Below are positions 1-9,643 of a stretch of 64,000 bases of DNA, in pieces. Both the position numbers and the translations under genes were made by a program. The first letter of the stretch is position 1. Each line of letters begins with the position of its first letter. Below the pieces are notes generated by a model, which was not told where the DNA came from, ran no database searches, and saw only the letters and a list, made by a program, of their open reading frames with translations. Source of the DNA: Halarcobacter sp. (GTDB lineage Bacteria; Campylobacterota; Campylobacteria; Campylobacterales; Arcobacteraceae); assembly GCA_963676565.1 (NCBI GenBank), contig OY781089.1, positions 1,152,001 to 1,216,000 on the forward strand. Direction: 5' to 3'.

Positions 1-494
1 TTGTAGTGGTGATTAAAGCTATTTGCAATATCTCTTGTCATTTCAACATGTTGAATTTGATCTTTCCCAACAGGAACAATATTTGAATCATAAAGTAAAA
101 TATCTGCAGCCATTAGTACAGGATAAGAAAAAAGCCCATGATTTGTCTGAAAGCCACGAGCTGTTTTATCTTTATAAGAGTGTGCACGTTCAAGTAATCC
201 CATTGAAGTATGGTTTGATAAAATCCAATATAATTCTAATACTTCTTTTACATCACTTTGAACCCAGAATGTAGACTTTTCTGGATCCATTCCTAATGCT
301 AAAAAATTCACTGCAGCTTCAAAAATATTTTTTTCTAGAAGCTCTTTTTCTTTTACTGTTGTTAATGCATGATATGAAGCTATAAAGGCAAAAAGCTCAC
401 CATCATCTTGTGCTTCAACCATCTTCTTTATCATTCCAAAATAGTTACCAATATGAATAGTCCCACTTGGTTGAATTCCCGATAATATTCTCAA
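1..494 (-). CDS. trpS: Tryptophan--tRNA ligase (5' part; runs off the left edge)
   Basis: Not in ORF track. Minus strand from TTG at 494 reads MRILSGIQPSGTIHIGNYFG (HIGH-type motif) ... YPVLMAADILLY ... VPVGKDQIQHVEMTRDIA. AAGGA SD upstream. Confidence 0.95.
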   Translation of the reverse strand, partial: MRILSGIQPSGTIHIGNYFGMIKKMVEAQDDGELFAFIASYHALTTVKEKELLEKNIFEAAVNFLALGMDPEKSTFWVQSDVKEVLELYWILSNHTSMGLLERAHSYKDKTARGFQTNHGLFSYPVLMAADILLYDSNIVPVGKDQIQHVEMTRDIANSFNHHY

Positions 495-588
495 AATATA
501 ATTCCTTATAAAGCTCCCCATTAATAGGGAAATTATTTTTTTGCGAAATTATATCTAAAATTAGTAAAATAGCTTTTTAAACAAGTCC

Positions 589-1878
589 TTATATAGCTTT
601 TTCAATCTTATTTATAACATGGTCAATATGAAGTTGAAGATTATAGTATTCCCCCATAAATGATAAAGGAACTTTTGTTTCATTACTAATTTCAATTCTT
701 AACTTTTCAAGTTTCTCTAACTCTTCTTGATATTTTGTTTTATCGATATTTTCTAATTCTCTGTCGATAGCTTTAACTTCATCATACCATCTATAGATTT
801 TTGATCTCATTGACCAATTATAAAGTGGGAAGAAACCTTTAAATAGTGGGAATAATAAAGTGATTAAAGGGATTAATAAAATCTTTAATCTATCTATATT
901 TGAAGCTATCCAATAAGGAAAAATCTTCTCTAAAAATGTATCTCCATTTTCAAAATATCTTTGTGCCTCATCATCTAAATCAAGTTTCATATTTATTGTA
1001 TTTGGAAAATAATTAGCCTTTGAAAATAGGTCTTTTTTATTATGAACATCAACTATTTTTTTCAAGAATAATCTTTTTAATTCTTCCGGAAAGTTTTCAT
1101 TTACTACTAAATTTGCAGTTGTTGAAAGAAGATTTATATTTTGATCTGGAAGATTTCTATAAAGATCTAAAGTCCCTTCATATAGTGTTAAATCCTCTAA
1201 GAATGTATATTTTTGGCTATATGCCCTTGCTCTTTTAAAACTAAATACATTTACATTAGGAGAAGCTAAAAGTTCTTTTACTATTTCAGATTTGTGGGAA
1301 GATACAACAAACATAACATCAATATTCCCTTTTAGTAACTCATTTTTAGCTTCTTCATTAGTTAAATCTAGAATCTGAGAATTTGTGTTGTCTATGCCAT
1401 TATCTGTTAAGATATTTGATGCTAAATCTCTTGTTCCACTTCCTTGTTTACCAATTGATATTTTTTTTGAATAAAACTGTATTAAGTAATCAACATTAAA
1501 ACCTTCATTTTTATAAAATACCCAAAGTGGCTCATAATAGATTGAGGCAAGTGATTTTATACCTTCAGAAGTTTCATTACTAATTGTTCCATTTTGCATA
1601 AAAGCGATATCTGCTTTTTTCTCCTTTAGTAATTGAATATTTTCAATAGAACCAGCCGAATTGATTATGTTAACTGTAACATCCTCTTTTTCTAATAGTT
1701 TTTTATACTCTAATGCTGTTTTATAATAATTGCCAGTTTTCCCTCCTGTTGCAATTGTAATCTCTTTTTTTGGGCTTGGTTGTATAAACGATGCTGTAAA
1801 ATAAAAAGCACCAAAAATTAGAAGAATAAACGGTATTGTAACCGTGAAAAATTTGTATTTCATCCATAAAGCTTTCAT
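589..1878 (-). CDS. TAXI-family TRAP solute-binding protein with a C-terminal TM extension
   Basis: ITIATGGKTGNYY, SAGSIENIQLL, ADIAFMQ, LASIYYEPLW and GKQGSGT motifs; N-terminal TM and second hydrophobic segment near the C-terminus. Start moved to MKALW because the longer ORF overlaps serS. Confidence 0.8.
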   Translation of the reverse strand: MKALWMKYKFFTVTIPFILLIFGAFYFTASFIQPSPKKEITIATGGKTGNYYKTALEYKKLLEKEDVTVNIINSAGSIENIQLLKEKKADIAFMQNGTISNETSEGIKSLASIYYEPLWVFYKNEGFNVDYLIQFYSKKISIGKQGSGTRDLASNILTDNGIDNTNSQILDLTNEEAKNELLKGNIDVMFVVSSHKSEIVKELLASPNVNVFSFKRARAYSQKYTFLEDLTLYEGTLDLYRNLPDQNINLLSTTANLVVNENFPEELKRLFLKKIVDVHNKKDLFSKANYFPNTINMKLDLDDEAQRYFENGDTFLEKIFPYWIASNIDRLKILLIPLITLLFPLFKGFFPLYNWSMRSKIYRWYDEVKAIDRELENIDKTKYQEELEKLEKLRIEISNETKVPLSFMGEYYNLQLHIDHVINKIEKAI

Positions 1879-1974
1879 ATTGGTATAGTAACATATTTTA
1901 TTATAGAAGCCATTATAAAACACTAAAAAGTTAATTTTGGATATAATCAGCAAAAATTTATAAGAAAGATTGAA

Positions 1975-3213
1975 ATGATTGATGTAAAGCAACTACAAAA
2001 AGAATTTGAAAATATGGCGAATGCCTTAAAGAGAAAAGGTGTTGAACAATCTACTCTTGATAAGTTAAAAGACTTAACTGATGATGCAAAGCAAAAAAGA
2101 CAAGAGATGGAAAATGTTACAGCAGAGCAAAATAAGCTTTCAAAAGAGTTTGGAAGATATAAAAAAGAGGGTTTAGATATTGCTCCTTTGCAAGCTTCAA
2201 TTAATGAACTTAAATCAAAAAAACAATTAATGGAAGAGGAGGTTAAAACTTTAGAAGATGAGTTAACTTCTATTGCTTTAGGTATCCCAAATCTTCCAGA
2301 TGAAAATGTTCCTGATGGCGCTGATGAAAATGAAAATGTTATTTTAGAAATAATTGGTGAAAAACCTGAATTCTCTTTTGAGCCAAAAGAGCACTGGGAC
2401 TTAGATAATGGATGGTTAGACTTTGAAAGAGGTGTGAAGTTAGCAAAATCTAGATTCTCTGCAATTAAAGGACAGGGGGCAAGATTAGAGCGAGCACTTA
2501 TTAACTATATGCTTGATTTTAATAAAGAGCGAGGGTTTGAAGAGTGGTATGTTCCATTTATGGCAAATTCAAGTACACTTCAAGGAACAGGGCAATTACC
2601 AAAATTTGAAGATGATTTATTTAAAATTGAGGGTGAAGATTTATATTTAATCCCAACTGCTGAGGTTCAATTAACAAATCTTTACAATGATGAGATTATA
2701 CCTGCTGATGAGTTACCTTTATTAATGACTTCTTATACACCATGTTTTAGAAAAGAAGCTGGAAGTGCAGGACGTGATACAAGAGGATTAATTAGACAAC
2801 ACCAATTTGATAAAGTTGAGATGGTAGCAATTACTAAACAAGAAGAATCAGAAGAAGTTTTTGAGAAAATGGTAAATTGTGCAAGTGATTTATTAACTTC
2901 ACTTGGTCTTGCACACCAAAAAGTACAATTATGTACAGGAGATTTAGGATTTAGTGCTTCAACTACAATAGACTTAGAAGTTTGGCTTCCTGGTCAAGGA
3001 AAATATAGAGAAATCTCTTCTATTTCTAACACAAGAGAGTTTCAAGCAAGACGTGCAAAAATCAGATATAAAGATGGTAAAAAGAATATCTTAGCTCATA
3101 CTTTAAATGGTTCTTCACTTGCTGTTGGAAGAACTTTATTAGCAATAATGGAAAACTATCAACAAGAAGATGGTTCTGTTAAAATTCCTGAAGTTTTAGC
3201 GAAGTATATGTAA
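1975..3213 (+). CDS. serS: Serine--tRNA ligase
   Basis: N-terminal coiled coil; [36 protein letters not shown] motifs. Confidence 0.98.
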   Translation: MIDVKQLQKEFENMANALKRKGVEQSTLDKLKDLTDDAKQKRQEMENVTAEQNKLSKEFGRYKKEGLDIAPLQASINELKSKKQLMEEEVKTLEDELTSIALGIPNLPDENVPDGADENENVILEIIGEKPEFSFEPKEHWDLDNGWLDFERGVKLAKSRFSAIKGQGARLERALINYMLDFNKERGFEEWYVPFMANSSTLQGTGQLPKFEDDLFKIEGEDLYLIPTAEVQLTNLYNDEIIPADELPLLMTSYTPCFRKEAGSAGRDTRGLIRQHQFDKVEMVAITKQEESEEVFEKMVNCASDLLTSLGLAHQKVQLCTGDLGFSASTTIDLEVWLPGQGKYREISSISNTREFQARRAKIRYKDGKKNILAHTLNGSSLAVGRTLLAIMENYQQEDGSVKIPEVLAKYM

Positions 3214-3225
3214 GAATATTTTTAA

Positions 3226-5301
3226 ATGCAAAAGTTTTTAATAAGTTCTATATCTTTATTAATTCTTATATTTTTATCTTATAAATTTTATTATTTAGAT
3301 AAAAAAAATGAATATGAAAAAGATATTTATAATAAAAAAAGTGAAGAGATTATAGCTTTTTTTAGGGATGAAGTTGAAAAGAAATTTGGGAAAACTTTTG
3401 CATTAACAAATCTTTTAAGTAAAGATAAAAATCTAATTGAAGCATTAGTCAAAAAAGACAACTCTTTATTAGATTATTCAAAAATTATTGAAGAGACTCA
3501 AAGATTTGGGGAATATAGAAATTTATGGATTCAAATTATTGATAAAGATGGCTATAGCTTTTATAGAAGTTGGACAAATAGAATTGGAGACCATGCCGCA
3601 AGTGCTAGAATAGATATTGTTGATATGATAAAAAATCCCAGACCTATGAGAGGTATTAGTACGGGACGATTTGATATGACATTTAAAACAATGATTCCTT
3701 TATATGATAATGGTAAATTTATAGGGATTATTGAGATGATTTCTAAATTTAACTCAATAGCAAGAGTTCTTAAAAAATATGATATTGAACCATTAATGGT
3801 TCTTCATGAAGATTATACAACTAGATTTATAAAACCTTTTACTTCTTTGTTTATTGGTAATAATTATGTTGCAAATCTAAATGCATCTAAAAGTTTAATG
3901 AAGAAAGTTAAAATCTATGGTTTGAAAAAATTGATGTATTTAGAAAAACCTATACTTTTTGATAAATATTTAGTAACTACTACTCAAATTAAAGATATTC
4001 ATGGTGGTGAAATGGGCTTTTTTATCTTCTTTTTTGAGGAAAAAAAACTTGATAAATCAAAAATTTATAACTTTAGATTTGAATATTCATCACAAGTTAT
4101 TGTAGCTGTAGTAATCTATGTTCTTTTTATATTGTTTTTACTTAATAAAAATTATGTTGGAAGATTAAATAAAGAGGTTGAAAAAAAGACTCTTAAAATT
4201 GGTAGACAAAAGAAAAAGTTAAAAGAGTTATTAAATGTTTATGACAATAATGTAATTTTTTCAAAAACAGATTTAAAAGGTTACATAACTTATGTTAGTA
4301 AGGCTTTTTGTGAGATATCAGGTTATACAAAAGAGGAACTAATTGGTAAACCTCATAATATAATCAGACATCCTGATATGAAAAAAACTGTTTTTAAAGA
4401 ACTATGGACAACAATTCAAAGTGGGAAAGTTTGGGAAAATGAGGTTAAAAACCTTAAAAAAGATGGGGGATATTACTGGGTTTATTCAAGGGTAGAGCCT
4501 GTTTATAGCCAAGAAAATCAAATTATAGAGTATATTTCAACTAGAACTGATATAACTGCTAAAAAAAAGTATGAAGAACATCAATTAAAAATGTTAAATC
4601 AAACTAGAATGACTGCACTTGGTGAAATGTTAAGTAATATTGCTCACCAATGGAGACAACCTTTATCAATTATAACTTCTGTAGCTTCATCTGTTTCATT
4701 AAAACAAGAACTAAAAATGTTAAAAGAAGTTGATTTAGAAAAAGAGATGAGTAGCATTATGGATAGTGCAAATTATCTTTCTAATATAATAGAGTCTTTT
4801 AGAAATTTTATAAGAAATGATAAGGAGTTTAAAGCAGTTAGTATTAAAAAAAGCGTAGATGATGTACTTCAAATCCTAGATACAACAATAAAAAGTAATC
4901 ATATAAACATAATAAATAATATAGAAAAAAACGACATTGTTATTGGGATGATTTCAGGTGAATTAGAGCAAGTATTAATAAATATAATCAATAATGCTAA
5001 TGAAATCTTTATTGAAAGAAATATTCAAGATAAAAATATAATATTAGATTTAAAAGTTGAAAAAGAGACTATTACTATAACTTTAGAAGATAATGCAGGG
5101 GGAATTCCCGATGATGTTATCAATAAAATTTTTGATGCTTACTTTACAACAAAACATAAGTCTCAAGGTACTGGCTTAGGACTTTATATGAGTTATAGAA
5201 TTGTAACAGAAAGTCTAAAAGGTAATCTTTTTGTAAAAAATACTGATAAAGGTGCTAAGTTTTTTATAGAGATTCCAATAAAATATGATAGTTTAAAATA
5301 G
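3226..5301 (+). CDS. Membrane sensor histidine kinase (periplasmic Cache-like region, PAS, HisKA/HATPase)
   Basis: Two TMs; PAS with HNIIRHPDM; H-box [10 protein letters not shown]-box NIINNA; DNAGG; GTGLGL. Confidence 0.9.
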   Translation: MQKFLISSISLLILIFLSYKFYYLDKKNEYEKDIYNKKSEEIIAFFRDEVEKKFGKTFALTNLLSKDKNLIEALVKKDNSLLDYSKIIEETQRFGEYRNLWIQIIDKDGYSFYRSWTNRIGDHAASARIDIVDMIKNPRPMRGISTGRFDMTFKTMIPLYDNGKFIGIIEMISKFNSIARVLKKYDIEPLMVLHEDYTTRFIKPFTSLFIGNNYVANLNASKSLMKKVKIYGLKKLMYLEKPILFDKYLVTTTQIKDIHGGEMGFFIFFFEEKKLDKSKIYNFRFEYSSQVIVAVVIYVLFILFLLNKNYVGRLNKEVEKKTLKIGRQKKKLKELLNVYDNNVIFSKTDLKGYITYVSKAFCEISGYTKEELIGKPHNIIRHPDMKKTVFKELWTTIQSGKVWENEVKNLKKDGGYYWVYSRVEPVYSQENQIIEYISTRTDITAKKKYEEHQLKMLNQTRMTALGEMLSNIAHQWRQPLSIITSVASSVSLKQELKMLKEVDLEKEMSSIMDSANYLSNIIESFRNFIRNDKEFKAVSIKKSVDDVLQILDTTIKSNHINIINNIEKNDIVIGMISGELEQVLINIINNANEIFIERNIQDKNIILDLKVEKETITITLEDNAGGIPDDVINKIFDAYFTTKHKSQGTGLGLYMSYRIVTESLKGNLFVKNTDKGAKFFIEIPIKYDSLK

Positions 5302-5407
5302 ACTATTTTTGATAACTTACCTTAAAAAAAAATATATAAAAAAAATTTACTTTTTGATTAAATTTAAAAAATTAAAATATACTTAATAAAAACTCAAGGA
5401 GGCTATT

Positions 5408-5578
5408 ATGATTATCAAGATTATTGGTGCCTTAGTGTTAATAGGTTTTTTCTTTGTATTAAGTAAAGTTGGCATGGCAATGGTTGGAAAAGAGAATCCA
5501 TTATCAAAAGCTTTTCCTATTGGTTCAACTGTAATTGTATCATTTATAATAGGACTTATGTTTTTAGGTGAGCCTTAA
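5408..5578 (+). CDS. Small (56 aa) two-TM membrane protein
   Basis: Not in ORF track. AAGGAGG SD 5 nt before ATG; MIIKIIGALVLIGFFFVLSKVGMAMVGKENPLSKAFPIGSTVIVSFIIGLMFLGEP*; fills the intergenic gap exactly. Confidence 0.75.
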   Translation: MIIKIIGALVLIGFFFVLSKVGMAMVGKENPLSKAFPIGSTVIVSFIIGLMFLGEP

Positions 5579-5580
5579 AT

Positions 5581-5961
5581 TTATTTGACATAAACCTTAG
5601 AATCAAATATTCTATTTCTTAGGCTTACTTTAAGAAGTCCATTTTGGACATTTAAATGTTTATATGTTAACTCCTCACCGATTTTTATATTTCTTTTGTC
5701 ATAAATAGGTTTGGAGTTAACATAATGTCCAATTGAATTACCAATTGAAACATCTGGTTTTACATTAAATGCGTTTCCATATAAAAATATTTTTGTGTAA
5801 CATACTCCATTGTAATTATTTTTTGTTTTTCTTACATGTTGGATATTCTCTCCTCTACCTTGAGCATCAAAAATCCCAACTGCATAAATCCCTTTGATAT
5901 TTGATTTATAGGCATAAACACTTGTAAAAGCAATGATAAATAATATAAATATTTTTTTCAT
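5581..5961 (-). CDS. Hypothetical exported protein
   Basis: Signal-peptide-like start MKKIFILFIIAFTSVYA; basic, beta-rich remainder; no recognised family. Confidence 0.7.
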   Translation of the reverse strand: MKKIFILFIIAFTSVYAYKSNIKGIYAVGIFDAQGRGENIQHVRKTKNNYNGVCYTKIFLYGNAFNVKPDVSIGNSIGHYVNSKPIYDKRNIKIGEELTYKHLNVQNGLLKVSLRNRIFDSKVYVK

Positions 5962-6108
5962 ACTAAAATAGTAACATTTTTTTGTGTAGAAATTGCAAAT
6001 AAAAAACATTCAAATTTTTTTGATGATTTTTTAACAAATATTTCTAAGCACAGAAAGTGAAATTATGTTAATATAAATATAATTAATCAAAAACTTAGGA
6101 ATTAACCC

Positions 6109-7074
6109 ATGAATTTTTTTAAATATATTAAAGCAGTTGGAACTGGTCCAAAATCTAATCGTGATCTTACAAAAGAAGAGATTATTGAAGCTATCGATGG
6201 AATCTTACAAAATAAATGTGAGAGTGAACAAGCTGCAGCTTTTTTAATGCTTTTAAGAGTTAAATTAGAAAGTGATGAGGAGTTAGCTGGTTGTTTAGAA
6301 GCTTGTGAAAAATATATTAAAAAAGATGATATCCCTCAATCAGTTGAGCTTGGTTACTCTTTTGATGGTAAAACAGACCAACCTTATCTATTCCCTCTAT
6401 TTAGTTCAGTTTTAAATGATTTTTTCAAAGAACACAAAGAGATAGAACCTTTTAAACTTGTGATTAGTGGAGATAAATTACAACCTGCAAAAAGTGGGCT
6501 TTTTGTAAAGGAGTTAGCTCAAGCAATTGAACTTGATGATAATATCATAGCTTTTTATGATAGAAAAGATTATTTTGAGGAGTTATCTAATTTAACACAA
6601 TTAAGAAAAAAACTTTATATGAGAACTATTTTTAATACTGTTGAAAAACTTTTAAATCCTGCAAACTCTAAATATGCTATTACTTCAGCTTTCCATAGAC
6701 CTTATGTGGAAAAGTATACAAAACTATTTGGACATAATTATGAAAATCTTCTTATTTTAAAAGGTAGTGAAGGTTCAACTGAAGTTTTCTCAAACTCAAA
6801 ATATTGGATTAAAGAGGGTGAAGAGATTGTTGAAAAGCCAATTAAATTAGCTGACTTTGATATTAATTACACTGAAAAATATGAGAATATCACTTTAGAA
6901 GAGAATCTAAAAATATTAGAAAATCCAAGTGCAGAGCTTATGAAACTAGTTAAATTAAATGTAGCAATTATTCTTTTTACGGCAAAAAGAGTTGAATCTA
7001 TTGAAAAAGCATATGAGATGCTTAATAAAAAAGATTGTTGTATCGTTAGATTTTGGAAGTGGCTATTAAAATAG
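6109..7074 (+). CDS. Anthranilate phosphoribosyltransferase-like protein (glycosyl transferase family 3, YbiB/TrpD2-like)
   Basis: YIKAVGTGPKSNRDL, QAAAFLMLLRVKLES.EELAG, RTIFNTVEKLLNP, FHRPY, KGSEGSTE. Confidence 0.75.
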   Translation: MNFFKYIKAVGTGPKSNRDLTKEEIIEAIDGILQNKCESEQAAAFLMLLRVKLESDEELAGCLEACEKYIKKDDIPQSVELGYSFDGKTDQPYLFPLFSSVLNDFFKEHKEIEPFKLVISGDKLQPAKSGLFVKELAQAIELDDNIIAFYDRKDYFEELSNLTQLRKKLYMRTIFNTVEKLLNPANSKYAITSAFHRPYVEKYTKLFGHNYENLLILKGSEGSTEVFSNSKYWIKEGEEIVEKPIKLADFDINYTEKYENITLEENLKILENPSAELMKLVKLNVAIILFTAKRVESIEKAYEMLNKKDCCIVRFWKWLLK

Positions 7075-7075
7075 T

Positions 7076-7657
7076 TTAGAAAGAAACAGGAGTAATAGCC
7101 GAAATATAAGAAGCTTTTTCATTACTTCTGTTTTCAATTTTATGTGGTATTTCAGGATTAAACCTAATGCAATCCCCTTGAGATAAAACAAACTCTTTAT
7201 CATTTAATGTTACTACAATTTCACCGTTTAAAACATAATTACACTCTTCTCCACCCTTTGTATGAGGAATAATATCCTCTGTAACTCTTTGTGGTTCAAG
7301 ATTAACTAATACAAACTCAATATCACCTTGTAAATCTGGCACTAGTAGTTCACAGTTGTAAAGTGGATCAGGAAAAGATATTTTTTTTCTATTTTTACTT
7401 CTTACCACATAAAAAGATTCATCATTTATAGCTTTGTTTGTAATCTCTTCTTCATTTGTAAATAGTTGTGCTAATGTGGTATTTAAAACCTTTGCAATTT
7501 TTCTGAGCGTTTCAACTGAACCTTGTGTAGAGCCATTTTCTAATTGTGATAACATACCAACAGAAATTTGTGCATTATTTGCTAAATCTTTTGCACTCAT
7601 ATTAAGACTTGTTCTAAGCTCTTTTATCTTTGTTCCTACGAAAAATTCATTTTCCAT
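7076..7657 (-). CDS. XRE-family HTH regulator with C-terminal cupin domain
   Basis: IKELR...LANNAQISVGMLSQLENG HTH; H..GGEECNYVLNG and GDCIRF.PEIPHKIEN cupin motifs. Start at MENEFF. Confidence 0.9.
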   Translation of the reverse strand: MENEFFVGTKIKELRTSLNMSAKDLANNAQISVGMLSQLENGSTQGSVETLRKIAKVLNTTLAQLFTNEEEITNKAINDESFYVVRSKNRKKISFPDPLYNCELLVPDLQGDIEFVLVNLEPQRVTEDIIPHTKGGEECNYVLNGEIVVTLNDKEFVLSQGDCIRFNPEIPHKIENRSNEKASYISAITPVSF

Positions 7658-7688
7658 TATTTGCCTTTTTATAAATAAACACTGACAT

Positions 7689-7784
7689 TTTAACAAAACT
7701 AATATTAAGTTTAATAAAACTAAATTATTTAATATAATTAAACTTTATTTCAATAAAAAAGGGGTAAAATTTAATTTAATTAAA
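7689..7784. promoter_or_regulatory. Four copies of a TTTAAT-N3-ATTAAA-like palindrome (putative operators) between the XRE gene and ald
   Basis: 7689-7703 TTTAACAAAACTAAT, 7710-7724 TTTAATAAAACTAAA, 7728-7742 TTTAATATAATTAAA, 7770-7784 TTTAATTTAATTAAA. The AT-rich background weakens this call. Confidence 0.35.
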
Positions 7785-7802
7785 ATATCTAAAGGAAATT
7801 AA

Positions 7803-8909
7803 ATGAAAATTGGTTTAATCAAGGAAATTAAAGTACATGAATATAGAGTTGGTTTAACACCAGATTGTGTAAGTGCATATGTAAACGCAGGACATACAGT
7901 ATTTGTTGAAAAAGATGCGGGTATTGGTGCGGGTTTTGAAAATAGTGATTATGAAAAAGTTGGAGCTATTATAGAAGAGAATAAACAAAAAATCTTTGAT
8001 GATAGTGAAATGATTGTAAAAGTAAAAGAACCATTACCTGAAGAGTATGATTTTTTCCATGAGGGACAAATTTTATATACTTATTTACATATAGCTGCTG
8101 ATAAACCACAAGCACAAATGCTTTTAGACAAAAAAGTTAAAGCAGTTGCCTATGAAACTATTACTTCACCTGAGGGTGGACTTCCTTGTTTAACACCAAT
8201 GAGTGAAATTGCAGGTAGACTTGCTGCCCAAGAAGGTGCAAAATATCTAGAAAAACCTTTTGGTGGAAGAGGGGTATTACTTGGTGGTGTACCTGGAGTA
8301 CAAAGAGGAAATGTAGTAATTATTGGTGGAGGAATTGTTGGACTAAATGCTTGTAAAATGGCAGTAGGTCTTGGTGCAAATGTAACTGTTATGGATATTA
8401 GTGCTTCAAGACTTGCTTTTTACGATGATATTTTTGGTTCAAAGGTAACTACACTATTTTCAAATAGAACAAATATTATTAAAGCAATTAGTGAAGCTGA
8501 TTTAGTTATTGGTGCAGTTTTAATTCCAGGTGCAGCAGCTCCAAAACTAATCTCTAAAGATGATTTAAAACTTATGAAGAAAAACTCAGTTATTGTTGAT
8601 GTTGCTATTGATCAAGGTGGATGTTTTGAAACAAGTAAAGCTACATATCATAATAATCCAACATATGTTGTAAATGACGTAGTTCATTATTGTGTTGCAA
8701 ATATGCCTGGAGCAGTTTCTTTAACTTCAACTTTAGCTTTAACTGCAACAACATTAAGACATGGATTGGCAATTGCAAATAAAGGTTTAGAAAAAGCTTT
8801 AGCTGATGATAAGCACTTATTAAATGGTCTAAATACTTATGATGGAAAACTAACAAATGAAGCAGTGGCAAAAAGTTTAGATATTCCATTTGAAAAAATT
8901 ACATTTTAA
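7803..8909 (+). CDS. ald: Alanine dehydrogenase
   Basis: KEIKVHEYRVGLTP, VKVKEP, YLHIAA, PMSEIAGR, GGGIVG, DVAIDQGGCFETS, HYCVANMPGAV. Confidence 0.97.
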   Translation: MKIGLIKEIKVHEYRVGLTPDCVSAYVNAGHTVFVEKDAGIGAGFENSDYEKVGAIIEENKQKIFDDSEMIVKVKEPLPEEYDFFHEGQILYTYLHIAADKPQAQMLLDKKVKAVAYETITSPEGGLPCLTPMSEIAGRLAAQEGAKYLEKPFGGRGVLLGGVPGVQRGNVVIIGGGIVGLNACKMAVGLGANVTVMDISASRLAFYDDIFGSKVTTLFSNRTNIIKAISEADLVIGAVLIPGAAAPKLISKDDLKLMKKNSVIVDVAIDQGGCFETSKATYHNNPTYVVNDVVHYCVANMPGAVSLTSTLALTATTLRHGLAIANKGLEKALADDKHLLNGLNTYDGKLTNEAVAKSLDIPFEKITF

Positions 8910-8924
8910 TTTGATTAAAATTAT

Positions 8925-8953
8925 AAAGAAGGAAGAACTTTTCTCCTTCTTTT
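8925..8953 (+). terminator. Putative intrinsic terminator after ald
   Basis: AAAGAAGGA...TCCTTCTTTT hairpin with T tail, 15 nt after the stop. Confidence 0.6.
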
Positions 8954-8992
8954 AAATATATTTAAATATAATCCAATTTTAAAGGATTATTC

Positions 8993-9622
8993 TTGGACTT
9001 AATAAACATAACTTTACTTTTAGTTTTTATTCCTACTTTCTTTTTTGTATCAATTACCCCTGGAATGTGTATGACACTTGCCCTTAGTATGGGGATGAGT
9101 ATAGGATTAAAAAAAACTTTTTATATGATGTATGGAGAACTATTAGGGGTAGGCTTAGTAGCTACTTCTTCTGTTATTGGTGTTGCAACTATAATGTTAA
9201 AATATCCTACTATATTTCTTTTTTTGAAATATGGTGGAGGGGCTTATTTAGCCTATCTTGGTATTCAAATGTGGATGTCAAAGGGAAAAATGGCTTTAAA
9301 ACTTGATAATAGTTGTAGTTTTGAAATCTCAAAAAAATCTCTTGCAATGCAAGGGTTTGTTACAGCTATTGCAAATCCAAAGGGTTGGGCATTTTTCATA
9401 GCATTGTTACCACCTTTTATAGATGATTCTTTACCTATGATATCCCAATTACCAATATTGATTTTTATGATTTTATCTTTAGAGTTTTTGTGTTTGATAA
9501 TCTATGCATCAGGTGGAAGTACCCTTAGAAAGATTTTACAAGATAGTTCAAATGTAAGATTAATAAATAAAATTGCTGGAACTCTAATGATGGGAATTGG
9601 AGTTTGGTTGGCAAGTAGTTAA
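8993..9622 (+). CDS. LysE/RhtB-family amino-acid exporter
   Basis: SITPG, LKYGGGAYLAYLG, GFVTAIANPKG.AFFIALLPPF; multi-TM; TTG start with AAGGA SD. Confidence 0.9.
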   Translation: MDLINITLLLVFIPTFFFVSITPGMCMTLALSMGMSIGLKKTFYMMYGELLGVGLVATSSVIGVATIMLKYPTIFLFLKYGGGAYLAYLGIQMWMSKGKMALKLDNSCSFEISKKSLAMQGFVTAIANPKGWAFFIALLPPFIDDSLPMISQLPILIFMILSLEFLCLIIYASGGSTLRKILQDSSNVRLINKIAGTLMMGIGVWLASS

Positions 9623-9643
9623 AAGCAAATAAGTAGCTTTTAA

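Noticed and set aside
23..274. 83-aa plus-strand ORF
   Set aside because: Antisense shadow of trpS, which is clearly encoded on the minus strand.
1879..1992. N-terminal extension of the TAXI ORF (and similar extensions on the ORFs at 5581, 7076, 11953, 15097, 24679, 28394, 30371 and 49762)
   Set aside because: They run through promoter DNA or neighbouring genes; downstream starts have better SD or signal-peptide context.
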